Shown here piece by piece: positions 39,982 to 50,663 of a stretch of 64,000 nucleotides of DNA. Each line of letters begins with the position of its first letter. The stretch's first letter is position 1. The notes beneath the pieces are model-generated. The model worked only from the letters and a program-made list of their open reading frames with translations. It was not told the DNA's origin and ran no database searches. The translations under genes were made by a program, and so were the position numbers. Source of the stretch: an uncultured Clostridia bacterium (GTDB taxonomy: Bacteria > Bacillota > Clostridia > TANB77 > CAG-508); the NCBI GenBank assembly GCA_947625665.1, contig CANQPF010000001.1, positions 2,959-66,958 of the forward strand, given 5' to 3'.

Positions 39982-40834
39982 AATTAATTCCTCCTTCGAA
40001 TACAGTCACGGCTGGTCCTGTCATATATATGTGATCATTTTCTTCGTTCCATTCAATTTCTAAATTACCTCCAAGTAGTTCAATATTTACATTTCTATTA
40101 GTTAATCCATTTAAATAACATGCTACTGCTGTCGCACATGCTCCTGTTCCACATGCTAGAGTTTCTCCTGCTCCTCTTTCCCATACTCTCATTTTTATAT
40201 AATCTTTATTAATTATACTAACAAATTCTACATTTGTTCTGTTTGGGAACATTGAGTCTACTTCAATTATTTTTCCATATTTCTGTACATCAAAGTTTTC
40301 TGTGTCATCTACTACAGTAATTGCATGAGGGTTTCCCATTGAAACAAATGTAAATAAAAAATCTTTGTCAATAGCTTTTATTGGTATATTTTTTATATTT
40401 CGGAGTCCTGGTCCATCTTCAATATTTTCTATATTTATAGGAATTTCTTTTGGCTCTAAAATAGGTTTGCCCATATCAACTCTAACTGTTTCTACTTTAC
40501 CATTTTTTACATGCAATTTAAGAGTTTTAATTCCTGCTAATGTTTCTATATTAATCGTTGTTTTGTCTGTCAGACCTTTATCATACACAAATTTTCCTAC
40601 ACAACGAATTCCATTTCCACACATTTCAGCTTGAGTTCCATCAGAATTATACATTTCCATTTTAAAGTCTGCTTTTTCACTTTTGCAAATTAAAATTAAC
40701 CCATCTGATCCAACTCCAAAATGTCTGTCACTCACAAAACGTGCTAAGTCTGGTCTGTTATCTATCTTTTGACTAATTGCATCCATGTATACATAGTCAT
40801 TTCCTAGGCCTTGCATTTTTGTAAATTTCAACAT
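39968..40834 (-). CDS. dapF: Diaminopimelate epimerase
   Basis: [18 protein letters not shown], with catalytic Cys motifs MCGNGIRC and ACGTGACA. The 3' end overlaps the leuA start by 14 nt. Confidence 0.9.
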   Translation of the reverse strand: MLKFTKMQGLGNDYVYMDAISQKIDNRPDLARFVSDRHFGVGSDGLILICKSEKADFKMEMYNSDGTQAEMCGNGIRCVGKFVYDKGLTDKTTINIETLAGIKTLKLHVKNGKVETVRVDMGKPILEPKEIPINIENIEDGPGLRNIKNIPIKAIDKDFLFTFVSMGNPHAITVVDDTENFDVQKYGKIIEVDSMFPNRTNVEFVSIINKDYIKMRVWERGAGETLACGTGACATAVACYLNGLTNRNVNIELLGGNLEIEWNEENDHIYMTGPAVTVFEGGINYEKL

Positions 40835-41095
40835 ATTATCACCCCTATTTTTAATTCCTATATTAATTTAATCAAATTTCTATTTTTTCAATCACGTTTT
40901 ATATTATACATCAAAAATTATTTTTTCTAAAGAGTTTGATTAATTTTTTTATCATTATCCTTATAACTTAAATAAAAATTGTATTATGCGATAAAAAAAA
41001 TCACATAAATATTAACAATTAAGAAGGTTATAACAACAAAAGTTCTAATTATTAATATCTATATGATTGTTAACTAAAATAAGTATATATAAATT

Positions 41096-41359
41096 TTACT
41101 TATTTGCTTTCGATTCTTCATATGCTTTTCTTACTGCCTTTGCTAGTTGGTCTGCACATGAAGTTCCTCGACCCGCACAGTTAATTCCACCGATTTTCTC
41201 TTCAATTTCTTCTACTGTCATTCCTTCAACTAACTTGGGAATTGCTTGTAAGTTTCCCGGACAACCTCCTATAAATTTTACATTTGTTACAATATTTCCT
41301 GTCAGTGTAAATTTAATAACTGTTGAACATGTATTTTGTGTTTGATAAGTATATTCCAT
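41096..41359 (-). CDS. TSCPD-domain small protein (TIGR03905-like)
   Basis: GGCPGNLQAIPKLVEGMTVEEIEEKIGGINCAGRGTSCADQLAKA. An AGGAG RBS precedes the ATG at 41359. The track's TTG start at 41383 would overlap the upstream gene. Confidence 0.6.
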   Translation of the reverse strand: MEYTYQTQNTCSTVIKFTLTGNIVTNVKFIGGCPGNLQAIPKLVEGMTVEEIEEKIGGINCAGRGTSCADQLAKAVRKAYEESKANK

Positions 41360-41370
41360 TTCATTCACTC

Positions 41371-41946
41371 CTATCTTTCCCAATCTTTTTCCTGTTTTGT
41401 GCCTAACTCTACGTGTTTAAATTTTTGAAGGTACTTATATGTAAAATCTATTAGCCTATCCATTTTTCCATCAAATTGTTCTATTAAATAATTAGCAGTT
41501 TTGTATGCTAAATCATAATCCTCTTTAGTTATTTTTCCTTCATCTAAAGCTTCTTGTAGTTCGTCTTCATCAACTAATCTATATTTACCTGATCTTTCAA
41601 GTATAATATCTAAATATAAATCATCTATATATGGTACTCCTTTATCTGTAAGCTTACTATCTTTAGCTATATCAAAGTACCAATCTCTAATATTACTATC
41701 TTGATCCATAGCAACCATTATGGCTACATTTTTATTTGTTTCTGGATAAAATTCTAGATAATGAAAATTGTCATCTATATACACATATTCTTTTCCATTT
41801 CTTTCTTTTACTATCTTTTCTTTTACTTTTACTGCTGTTAATAAACTTATATTCCCTGTAAAATCTTCTGTATTGAAATGTTTATTTTCATAACTTTTTT
41901 CGTCTACCAAGCTCCAGTTTGGGTGGTCTGCATATTTCTTTTTCAT
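41371..41946 (-). CDS. Hypothetical protein, possibly DUF402 (Ntdp-like nucleoside di/triphosphatase) family
   Basis: 191 aa, with an acidic C-terminal half. The family assignment is tentative, from recalled pattern only. Confidence 0.4.
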   Translation of the reverse strand: MKKKYADHPNWSLVDEKSYENKHFNTEDFTGNISLLTAVKVKEKIVKERNGKEYVYIDDNFHYLEFYPETNKNVAIMVAMDQDSNIRDWYFDIAKDSKLTDKGVPYIDDLYLDIILERSGKYRLVDEDELQEALDEGKITKEDYDLAYKTANYLIEQFDGKMDRLIDFTYKYLQKFKHVELGTKQEKDWER

Positions 41947-42071
41947 GTATATACCTCCAATCTTTATTTCTAATTTTGCTTAACTATTATACTATATTTT
42001 ATTACGTTTTTCAAGAATTTAGAGGTATTTAACAAAAATTTGTTTAATTATATAATATTTTGTAATTATAT

Positions 42072-42824
42072 TTACTTGCAAATTTCATTTATTATAGATA
42101 ATGTATTTAAAGTTCTTGGAAAACCTATAAAAGGCATTATTGCTGTTGTAGCATTAACTAAAGTTTCTTTATCATTTCCAACATTTAAATTTCCGTTTAC
42201 GTGTCCTCTTAACTGGTTTTCACAACCTCCAAGTGTAGCAATTATACTAAATGTAATTAATTCTCTATCTTTATCATCTAATCCTTCTCTCGTATAAAAA
42301 TCTCCGAAACAATATCCTTGTAAGAAATCTTGAAAATGCTCTTGACCTTTAGGTGCATTTTTTCTCATATTATCTATTGTCTCAACTCCGAAAAATTTTG
42401 TCTGTTTTTCATATCCTTTTTGTTTTCTGTTTTCTCTAGTTATTGTTGCTTGTCCTTCAAGTGGTAACTTAATTCCTCTATCCTCAAATATTTGATTTGT
42501 TTCACCTATAAAATCAAACACTTTACCAATTCCAACATAAGGTACACATTGATATAGCATTTCTTTTATTTCTATAGGAGTCACTTTTAAATTTAGAGCT
42601 CCCTCCAACATCAACTTATATTCTGACATAGCTGAGTTTGTAACTAGCGATGCAAGAACTATTAACATTCTAGTTTTATCCGGTAATTTACAATTTTCTA
42701 TCACTTCTCCAAATAAAAAATTTGAAAATATTTCAACGAACTCTGGATCTGTATCTCCATAAACATATTCATCATTTTTTAAAAATTTATCATGATTTTT
42801 TTTAGCCTGTTCTTCTAATTCCAC
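42072..42824 (-). CDS. Carboxymuconolactone decarboxylase (CMD/AhpD-like) family protein, two CMD domains
   Basis: 250 aa with two AhpD-like helical repeats. The C-terminal CxxxH-like region is GGCENQLRGH. Confidence 0.6.
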   Translation of the reverse strand: MELEEQAKKNHDKFLKNDEYVYGDTDPEFVEIFSNFLFGEVIENCKLPDKTRMLIVLASLVTNSAMSEYKLMLEGALNLKVTPIEIKEMLYQCVPYVGIGKVFDFIGETNQIFEDRGIKLPLEGQATITRENRKQKGYEKQTKFFGVETIDNMRKNAPKGQEHFQDFLQGYCFGDFYTREGLDDKDRELITFSIIATLGGCENQLRGHVNGNLNVGNDKETLVNATTAIMPFIGFPRTLNTLSIINEICK

Positions 42825-42920
42825 TATTCTATACCTCCATATTTTTATTTATTAATTCCTGTAATTCATTTTCATAAATTACTTTATTCTATATTTTTGT
42901 TATTCCCATATATAAATAAT

Positions 42921-43559
42921 TTAAACTTTTTTTGCAATCACCCAAAATATATGCCAATATTTAACGGTTCCCATTCCTGTAGTTCCTTCTTTCTCAATTT
43001 CTTTAAATTCAATTATTTTAAACTTCTCAAACAATCTTTCAACTTCCTCCTTAGTAAAGAATTTCATATTTTCTTTACCTTTTAGCCTTTTCTTCATTTT
43101 TTCTGTTATGTTTGATCTATTTATATTGAAATCATCATTTACTCCAAAAAAGTTTCCAACAAAATATCCACCTGTTACAATACTATTTTCTATTTTTCTC
43201 CATAATTCATCAAATTTATTTTTATCACAAAATGATAGACAATTATTTGCAAGTATTAAATCATTTTTTTCTAATTCTATTTCTTCAAAACTCTGCTTTT
43301 TAAATCTGAATCTTTTTAATTCATTTTTGTTAAGTTTTCTAGATATTCTTTCTTTTGTATCCTCTACATCTGTTGCCAAAACATTCCAGTCGTTTTTTAT
43401 TAAATAAATTGAATCTATTCCTACCCCACATCCTAATTCAATTGCATTTCCTGGTTTACTTGATATTTTATTAACAAAGTATCTTATATTTTTATGTGGA
43501 ATACTTCCTTCTGTTTTGTCATAATATTCTTTGCTATTATTCATCATACTTTTTTCCAT
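42921..43559 (-). CDS. Class I SAM-dependent methyltransferase
   Basis: Motif I ELGCGVGIDSIYL and an acidic post-I residue (LATDVED). Confidence 0.7.
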   Translation of the reverse strand: MEKSMMNNSKEYYDKTEGSIPHKNIRYFVNKISSKPGNAIELGCGVGIDSIYLIKNDWNVLATDVEDTKERISRKLNKNELKRFRFKKQSFEEIELEKNDLILANNCLSFCDKNKFDELWRKIENSIVTGGYFVGNFFGVNDDFNINRSNITEKMKKRLKGKENMKFFTKEEVERLFEKFKIIEFKEIEKEGTTGMGTVKYWHIFWVIAKKV

Positions 43560-43595
43560 TTAGAGTTTTTATCCTTTCTAAAAAACTTTAGATTA

Positions 43596-45230
43596 TTAAT
43601 ATAATTTCGCAAATATTTGTGATTTCTTTTTTGTTATATGTTTATTAATCATTACATTTGCAAATATTAACACTACCAAAAGTAATATACTTGCATATAA
43701 TGTAGTTCCTGCAATTAATCCGAGTAATCCCATTATCATAATCACAATAATTGTATAAAAAAGTTCATACATTACATTTGTGTTTTGCTTCATCATTGTA
43801 TATTCTGTTTCCCATTTTATTTGTGGATTTTTCAAATCAACTAGTAATTTACATTTCTCTCCAAAAATATTAAGTAATAGTAAACCTAAAAATAAAGTTA
43901 CTGCAAGATAGATGCTTTTAATGCATAGATAATATGCTATAGTAATTATAATCGCTGGAAATATATTTACAACTACTCCTATAAGTGTTTTATATTTAAA
44001 TTGTTTTGCTAAATCAATTGGAAAAGATTTTAGTAAAATCGCACTTCTTCCTTCTTTTGAAACTGAAATTATTGAACTAAAGTTAAGCATATAGAAACCT
44101 TGTCCGATTGCTAAGAATGTAGCATATCCTACTGAACTTCTTATATTGACCATTAATGTCTCCATTATATTGATATTTATTTTCTGTGCAAAATTAAGAA
44201 TTCCTATAACTGCTGCCATTGTTACTGCAGGATATATTAATGGCATTAAAATACATTGTATAAAAAATATTGGTGTCCTAAACATTACCTTTAATTCTTT
44301 TAATATATATGTTTTTGAAGCTAATTTCTTTTTAAAATCTTTTACAGTTAACTTCTCCATGACCTTTCTATCTTTTTGTCCATTAACTATTGTTCCTATT
44401 GCACCTTTTAAATATATTGTTGAAATTATATATCTTATAGCTATGAAAACTACTATTGTTTCTACAACATATACTAATATGTTTTGTAGTCCTATTACAT
44501 TATTATAGTTCAACAAAGTATTCATTATTGGTTTTATTAAAACAAACCTTTCAGAAATTTCTCTTGATAAACCATTTGCCTGGAGTATTACTCTTTCAAA
44601 TGTTGATACTGAAAATTCTTCTGTTTCTCCTCCTGTAAAATTTCCTAGTACCACTCCTAAAAGTAAAATAGCTAAAATAATTGTTATATACATTACTTTA
44701 CTTTTGTTTTTTATAAAATTTGTAAATCGCATAATTATTGCAATTATTAATGTTGTAATTGATATTGGTATAATTGGTAATACCAGCAATATTATTAATA
44801 AATATAGATAAAATAGTCCTGAAACTTGTGTAATTACTCCATATGTTATTGCCGGAATTGCTAACATTAAAGCTTCCATTTCATACTGTGAAATTATCAT
44901 ATCTACCATTTTTGCATGTACTAAATCTTTTGGTTTTATAGGTAGTCTCAAAAATGTATTTAAATCTTTTGAAAAATATAAAGTATTTAATGCATGAAAT
45001 ATGCTTTCTGAAAATACTATTATAAAATTCATTAAAAGAAGCATATTAACAAAAGCATATGATTGTCCTATTTCTCCTAGCCTTTTTGTTGCTATTACAC
45101 TAAATACTATCATTATTATCGCTAGAAATCCTGAAACAATAAGAAAAGCTAAAACAGTTAATATCTTACTTCCACTAGTCAATTCTTGTCGTTTAGAATT
45201 TTTTAATATAACACTCGTTAAAGTTTTCAC
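43596..45230 (-). CDS. Putative ABC-2-type transporter permease (polytopic membrane protein)
   Basis: 544 aa with about 12 or more hydrophobic helices. It lies immediately downstream of, and is co-oriented with, the ABC ATPase gene. Confidence 0.55.
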   Translation of the reverse strand: MKTLTSVILKNSKRQELTSGSKILTVLAFLIVSGFLAIIMIVFSVIATKRLGEIGQSYAFVNMLLLMNFIIVFSESIFHALNTLYFSKDLNTFLRLPIKPKDLVHAKMVDMIISQYEMEALMLAIPAITYGVITQVSGLFYLYLLIILLVLPIIPISITTLIIAIIMRFTNFIKNKSKVMYITIILAILLLGVVLGNFTGGETEEFSVSTFERVILQANGLSREISERFVLIKPIMNTLLNYNNVIGLQNILVYVVETIVVFIAIRYIISTIYLKGAIGTIVNGQKDRKVMEKLTVKDFKKKLASKTYILKELKVMFRTPIFFIQCILMPLIYPAVTMAAVIGILNFAQKININIMETLMVNIRSSVGYATFLAIGQGFYMLNFSSIISVSKEGRSAILLKSFPIDLAKQFKYKTLIGVVVNIFPAIIITIAYYLCIKSIYLAVTLFLGLLLLNIFGEKCKLLVDLKNPQIKWETEYTMMKQNTNVMYELFYTIIVIMIMGLLGLIAGTTLYASILLLVVLIFANVMINKHITKKKSQIFAKLY

Positions 45231-45239
45231 TTTTTCCTC

Positions 45240-45962
45240 CTATTCTCCAGTTATTTTCAAGAATGACTCTTCAAGAGAAGTATTTGTTTTTGATTTTTCT
45301 TTTAATTCTTTAACTGTCCCTACAAATATTACTCTCCCTTTATCAATAACTGCGATTTTATCACATATTTTTTCTGCAACATCAAGTACATGTGTTGAGA
45401 AAAAAACTGTATTTCCATTTTTAGCATGTTTTCTCATTAGTTGCTTTAATAGATATGATGCCTTAGGATCTAATCCTGTTAGTGGTTCATCTAAAATCCA
45501 ATTTTTAGGATTGTGCATTAAAACACTTATTATCAATAACTTTTGTTTCATTCCATGTGAATAAGTCTGTATTCTATCTTTTAAGTCATTATAAATTCCA
45601 AATTCTTTAGCTAGTTTTTCTACTATTTCTAGTCTTTTTTCTGGCTTAACTTCATACACATCTCCTATAAGATTTAAATATTCTAGTCCTGTAAGTTTTT
45701 CGAATATTTCTGGTGTATCTGGCACAAACCCAAATCTTTTTTTTGCTTCTATTGGGTCGTCTGTTATGCTTTTTCCATCTATCAAAATGTCTCCTTCGTC
45801 CATATTTAGTATTCCTGTTATCATATTTATTGTAGTAGTTTTACCGGCTCCATTAGGTCCTATAACTCCAAATACAATTCCATCCTCTATTGTAAAATTA
45901 ATATTGTCAATTACTTTTTTTCCTTTAACATAAGATTGGCTTACATTCTTAATTTCTATCAT
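45240..45962 (-). CDS. ABC transporter ATP-binding protein
   Basis: Walker A GPNGAGKTTT, signature motif, Walker B ILDEP. Confidence 0.85.
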   Translation of the reverse strand: MIEIKNVSQSYVKGKKVIDNINFTIEDGIVFGVIGPNGAGKTTTINMITGILNMDEGDILIDGKSITDDPIEAKKRFGFVPDTPEIFEKLTGLEYLNLIGDVYEVKPEKRLEIVEKLAKEFGIYNDLKDRIQTYSHGMKQKLLIISVLMHNPKNWILDEPLTGLDPKASYLLKQLMRKHAKNGNTVFFSTHVLDVAEKICDKIAVIDKGRVIFVGTVKELKEKSKTNTSLEESFLKITGE

Positions 45963-46008
45963 AAGTTTTTTATATGATATATTTAAATATCATATTCCTC
46001 CTTCTTTA

Positions 46009-46338
46009 TTAATAATTCTGAAACTTATTAAAATTAACAATTTCATATTTATCAGTTTCTACTTTCGTATTTAGTACTGCCTCTAAATCATGATTTTGTA
46101 TTAATTTTTCTTTTTCTTTTTTCGTCAAGCTCTTTTTTATATGATACTCTAATTTTGATGCCAATGGCCTATCGTCTGCTTTCCATACTGCCTCTAACTT
46201 CTTTGCTTTATGACTTTTTGTATATTTAGCACATTTTTCATCTTGTTCGAAATGCTCTTCCATTCTCTTTTCTAGATTTTTTGTTATACCTGTATAAATA
46301 GTATTATCTTCACATCTTAACATATATATGTAATACAT
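46009..46338 (-). CDS. GIY-YIG nuclease family protein (UPF0213/YhbQ-like)
   Basis: YYIYMLRCEDNTIYTGITKNLEKRMEEH is the GIY-YIG motif. 109 aa. Confidence 0.75.
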   Translation of the reverse strand: MYYIYMLRCEDNTIYTGITKNLEKRMEEHFEQDEKCAKYTKSHKAKKLEAVWKADDRPLASKLEYHIKKSLTKKEKEKLIQNHDLEAVLNTKVETDKYEIVNFNKFQNY

Positions 46339-46341
46339 TTC

Positions 46342-47109
46342 TCACCCTTCTTTTGATAACAAGATTTTATAAAATCTTTCTTCTTTTATTTTTGAATTAC
46401 TTGAATCTATGAATTCAATATGCCCATTATTTAACTTTTCTTCTCTCAATAATCCTTGTTTATTCAATATATCTTTCAAATGCAATGCTAAACTATAAGA
46501 ACCATCAAAAAATCTAACATTCCCTAAGTGCTTTGAAATCTCATTTTTTATTAATGGATAATGAGTACACCCTAATACAACATTTTTAACTTTACCTTTA
46601 TATTCTTTTAGATTATCTTCCAAATACTTTTCTATTTTTTCTTTATTTCCATCCTCTATTATATCTGCTAAGCCTACGCAGGATAATAGATAAGTTCTAT
46701 TATTATTATATTTATTGTATAAAATGTTGAATTTTTCACTTTCTATTGTTCCTTTTGTCGCCATTACTAATGTTACATCTTGAGGATTTTGGTCGTGAAC
46801 AACTTTATAAGCTGGTTCTATTGCTATAAATATTTTATTTGGATATTTTTCTCTTAATTTACTGGTAGCTATTGCACTTGCTGTATTACATGCAATTACT
46901 ACTGCCTTACAATCTCTTCTAAACAGCATTTGAACTATTTCATCGCTTATCTTTATTAATTCCTTTTTATCTTTATCACCATACGGATTATTTTTAGAAT
47001 CACTATAATATATAAACTCTTCATTTGGCAATACTTTCAGTATTTCTCTTAAAACTGTTACTCCTCCAACACCTGAGTCAAATATTCCTATTTTACTATT
47101 TTTATTCAT
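46342..47109 (-). CDS. murI: Glutamate racemase
   Basis: IGIFDSGVGGVTVL, CNTA and GCTHYP motifs. An AGGAGG RBS lies upstream of the ATG at 47109. The track's TTG start at 47130 is probably leader. Confidence 0.9.
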   Translation of the reverse strand: MNKNSKIGIFDSGVGGVTVLREILKVLPNEEFIYYSDSKNNPYGDKDKKELIKISDEIVQMLFRRDCKAVVIACNTASAIATSKLREKYPNKIFIAIEPAYKVVHDQNPQDVTLVMATKGTIESEKFNILYNKYNNNRTYLLSCVGLADIIEDGNKEKIEKYLEDNLKEYKGKVKNVVLGCTHYPLIKNEISKHLGNVRFFDGSYSLALHLKDILNKQGLLREEKLNNGHIEFIDSSNSKIKEERFYKILLSKEG

Positions 47110-47156
47110 TTTATCATTCCTCCTGGGCAAATCAAGCCTTTATTGGTATGAATAAT

Positions 47157-47735
47157 CTACACTATTTTAGTTATTTTTTCCTTTATCTTTTCTAAAGCCT
47201 GCTTTCTAGCACTAATTCTATTTTTTTCTTCCTCTGAAATTTCTGCTAAAGTTTTCCCGTTTTCTAATTCAAATATTTCATCAAATCCAAATCCATTTTT
47301 TCCTCTAAGTTCTGTTGTAACATATCCTTTTATTTCTCCTGTTACAGAATAAGTTTCTTTTCCATTAGAAACTGCTACTGCTGTAACATTCGTTATTTGT
47401 CTTTTTTCTTTAGGAACACCTTCTAGTTTTTCTAAAATTCCTAGATTTCTATCTCTATCTGTCCCTGGCATCCATCTTTTTGTATGAACTCCTGGAAATC
47501 CATCTAAGCAATCTATTAATATTCCTGTATCATCTGCTATTACAATTTTTCCATTTAATAATTTTGACAATTCTTCAGCTTTTTGCCTAGCATTGCCTTC
47601 TATTGTGTCTTGATTTTCTTCAATATCATCTATTACATTTAACTCTGACATAGGTATTATTTCATATTTATCTAATATCTCTTTAGCTTCTCTAATCTTC
47701 CCAGGATTATTTGATGCTATTATTAATTCTGTCAT
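47157..47735 (-). CDS. rdgB: Non-canonical purine NTP pyrophosphatase (RdgB/HAM1; dITP/XTP diphosphatase)
   Basis: ASNNPGKIRE and FGYDPIF-like GFGFDEIF motifs. Confidence 0.85.
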   Translation of the reverse strand: MTELIIASNNPGKIREAKEILDKYEIIPMSELNVIDDIEENQDTIEGNARQKAEELSKLLNGKIVIADDTGILIDCLDGFPGVHTKRWMPGTDRDRNLGILEKLEGVPKEKRQITNVTAVAVSNGKETYSVTGEIKGYVTTELRGKNGFGFDEIFELENGKTLAEISEEEKNRISARKQALEKIKEKITKIV

Positions 47736-47828
47736 ATTTTTTCCTCCTATATTTTCTTCTTTATTATAATATTAAAAGTATAGCTTTTCAACTATACTTT
47801 TAATAAAATTTATTGTAAATTAGTGGTT

Positions 47829-48317
47829 TTACTCATATATAACGATATCATCATTGTTTAAAGATTTTTTAACATCTATTACTCTCTGGTTTTCTGATCC
47901 TTTCCATTTCAGTTTTGGATTTCTAAGTTTATCAACATATAGTCCATCTACTAATACATCTATATATTTTAAAACTTCTCTATTTTTTAAATCTTTATAT
48001 TGAAATCCTGACCATACCCAAATATCTTTTTCAGGGAATTTTTCTTTAAATGCCTTTGCAAGTTCTTCAGTACCATTTATATTTTTTGGATGTAGAGGTT
48101 CTCCTCCTAATATTGAAAGTCCCCTTATATTCTTATTATCACATAATTTCAAAACTCTATTTATTGTTTCTTCATTAAATTCCTTTCCTCCACAAAAGTC
48201 ATGTGTTTCAGGATTAAAGCATTGCTCACAATTAAAGCTACATCCTTGTTCAAATATTGATACTCTTACACCTGGTCCATTAGATATATCCATTTTTCTT
48301 ATTTTATTATATCTCAT
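47829..48317 (-). CDS. nrdG: Anaerobic ribonucleoside-triphosphate reductase activating protein (radical SAM)
   Basis: The CSFNCEQCFN radical SAM cluster and GGEP motif. Confidence 0.9.
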   Translation of the reverse strand: MRYNKIRKMDISNGPGVRVSIFEQGCSFNCEQCFNPETHDFCGGKEFNEETINRVLKLCDNKNIRGLSILGGEPLHPKNINGTEELAKAFKEKFPEKDIWVWSGFQYKDLKNREVLKYIDVLVDGLYVDKLRNPKLKWKGSENQRVIDVKKSLNNDDIVIYE

Positions 48318-48365
48318 AAGTATTTCTCCATTTCAATTCTAAAAATTACTTTCCAAATACTTATC

Positions 48366-50552
48366 TTAGTTATCATCTTTATTATCAAGATGCAATACTC
48401 TTTCTTTAATCTCTTGAGTTCTTCCTTTGTTCCAGAAATTACTTCCTATATATCCGCAAGTTCTTCTTGCTACATTTAATGTATCATGGTTTCTGTTTCC
48501 ACAATTAGGACAATACCATTCCATATCGTCGTCTATCAATATTTCTCCATCAAATCCACATTCTTGACAATAATCAGATTTTGTATTTAATTCTGCATAC
48601 ATTATATTGTCATAGATAAATTTGATTACCTCTAAAACTGCTTCTATATTATTTTGTAAGTTTGGTGTTTCTATATATGAAATAGCTCCTCCTGGACTTA
48701 ATTGTTGGAATTCACTCTCTAGCTTTAATTTTTCGAATGCATCTATTTCCTCAAATACAGGAACATGATAAGAATTTGTTATGTAATCTCTATCTGTTAT
48801 TCCTTCAATCTCTCCGAATCTCTTCTTTAGTCCTTTTGCAAATTTATATGTCGTTGATTCTATTGGTGTACCATATACACTATAATCAATCTTCTCATTT
48901 TCTTTCCATTCTTTACATTTATCATTTAATTTTTGCATTACTTCTATTCCGAATTTCTTACCTTTTCCTCCGTCTGTATGACTATGACCTGTCATGTATT
49001 TAACACATTCATAAAGTCCTGCATATCCTAATGATAGCGTTGAATATCCGTTATGCAATAATTCATGTATACTTTCATCTTTATCTAATCTTGCAAGTGC
49101 TCCATGTTGCCATAAAATTGGAGCTACATTGCTTGTCGCTTTAGCTAGTCTGTTGTGTCTAATTTTTAATGCTTTATGACATAGTTCTAATCTATCTTCA
49201 AATATTTTCCAGAACAATTCTTTGTCTTTTCCTGAAGAAAGAGCGACATCTACTAAATTTATTGTTACGACACCTTGATTAAATCTTCCATAATATTTTG
49301 GTTTTCCTTCTTCATAATCAAGTGCTTTTGAAGGATTTCCTTCTGTTGTCCAAGGTGTTAAGAATGAACGACATCCCATACAAGGATAACAATTTCCATT
49401 TCCATATTTATCAATTTTTAGTTCAAACATTTTCTTTTCAGATATATAATCTGGAACCATTCTCTTTGCAGTACATTTTGCTGCAAGTTCTGTTAAATAC
49501 CAATATTTGCTATCTTCATGCATATTGTCTTCTTCTAAAACATATAACAATTTTGGAAATGCTGGCGTTATATATACTCCCTTTTCATTTTTGAATCCTA
49601 AAATTCTTTGATTCAAAAATTCTTCTATTATCATAGCTAGTTCTTCTTTATATTCTTCTGTCTCTCCTAAATACATACAAACTGATAAGAAAGGTGCTTG
49701 TCCATTTGTATTTGTCATGCTGTTAACTTGATAATTAAATGTTTGCACTCCATCAGATACTTCTTTTTTAGTATCTTGCATTGCATATTTTTTACAATTT
49801 TTTTCTGATTCTCCTCTTTTTTTGTATTTCTCATAATAATTATTATAACTACTTCTTACAAACGGTGCTAAATGAGTTAATGAAACTGTCGCTCCTCCAT
49901 AACTTGATGATGTAACTGCAAGTATTATTTGAGTTGCAATAGTTGAAGCTGTTATAAATCTATGTGGTTTTTCTATCATTACGCCATTTATAATAGTTCC
50001 ATTTTGAAGCATATCTTCTAAATTAACTAGTTCGCAATTGTGTAAAGCATTTTGTGCAAAATAATCTGCATCATGGAAATGAATAATCCCTTCATCGTGA
50101 GCTTTAACAACATCTTCTGGTAATAAGAATCTTCTTGTAATATCTGTACTTGTAATTCCAGCTAAATAGTCACGTTGAGTAGTAACTACTTTGGCATTCT
50201 TATTTGAATTTTCGTTATTCCAATAATCATTTTCTCCCTCGATTAATTCTTTAATTGTTTGATCTGTTGTATTTGCTTTTCTAACTAATTCTCTTTTGTA
50301 TCTATATGTGATATATTTTTTAGCTAATTTGTATTTAGAAATCTCCATTAATTTTTGCTCAATTATATCTTGTATATCTTCAACTAGTATTCTTGGTTTA
50401 TTTAAACTTTCGATATATTTTATAATATCTTTAATTTGTTCTTGAGTTGCTCTTTCTTTTCTTTGCACTTCATTGTTAGCCTTTTTTATTGCAATTCTAA
50501 TTTTCTCTGGATTATAATCCACCGTGTTTCCATCCCTCTTAATAATTTTCAT
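48366..50552 (-). CDS. nrdD: Anaerobic ribonucleoside-triphosphate reductase
   Basis: 728 aa. N-terminal ATP-cone, C-terminal Zn ribbon (CQECGF...CPNCGN) and glycyl-radical motif RTCGYIG. Confidence 0.9.
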   Translation of the reverse strand: MKIIKRDGNTVDYNPEKIRIAIKKANNEVQRKERATQEQIKDIIKYIESLNKPRILVEDIQDIIEQKLMEISKYKLAKKYITYRYKRELVRKANTTDQTIKELIEGENDYWNNENSNKNAKVVTTQRDYLAGITSTDITRRFLLPEDVVKAHDEGIIHFHDADYFAQNALHNCELVNLEDMLQNGTIINGVMIEKPHRFITASTIATQIILAVTSSSYGGATVSLTHLAPFVRSSYNNYYEKYKKRGESEKNCKKYAMQDTKKEVSDGVQTFNYQVNSMTNTNGQAPFLSVCMYLGETEEYKEELAMIIEEFLNQRILGFKNEKGVYITPAFPKLLYVLEEDNMHEDSKYWYLTELAAKCTAKRMVPDYISEKKMFELKIDKYGNGNCYPCMGCRSFLTPWTTEGNPSKALDYEEGKPKYYGRFNQGVVTINLVDVALSSGKDKELFWKIFEDRLELCHKALKIRHNRLAKATSNVAPILWQHGALARLDKDESIHELLHNGYSTLSLGYAGLYECVKYMTGHSHTDGGKGKKFGIEVMQKLNDKCKEWKENEKIDYSVYGTPIESTTYKFAKGLKKRFGEIEGITDRDYITNSYHVPVFEEIDAFEKLKLESEFQQLSPGGAISYIETPNLQNNIEAVLEVIKFIYDNIMYAELNTKSDYCQECGFDGEILIDDDMEWYCPNCGNRNHDTLNVARRTCGYIGSNFWNKGRTQEIKERVLHLDNKDDN

Positions 50553-50645
50553 ATCACATTTACTCCTTTTCCTTAGCTTTTGATTTTTTATTTTATTTCT
50601 CTGTTATTTTTCTTGATACGATTTTATCATAAGAAAACTTTTTGT

Positions 50646-50663
50646 ATGTTGCAATTGCAACAT
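50646..50663. promoter_or_regulatory. Perfect 18-bp palindrome upstream of nrdD; candidate operator
   Basis: ATGTTGCAATTGCAACAT lies about 95 nt upstream of the nrdD ATG. It does not match the NrdR-box consensus ACACwATATaTwGTGT. Confidence 0.35.
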
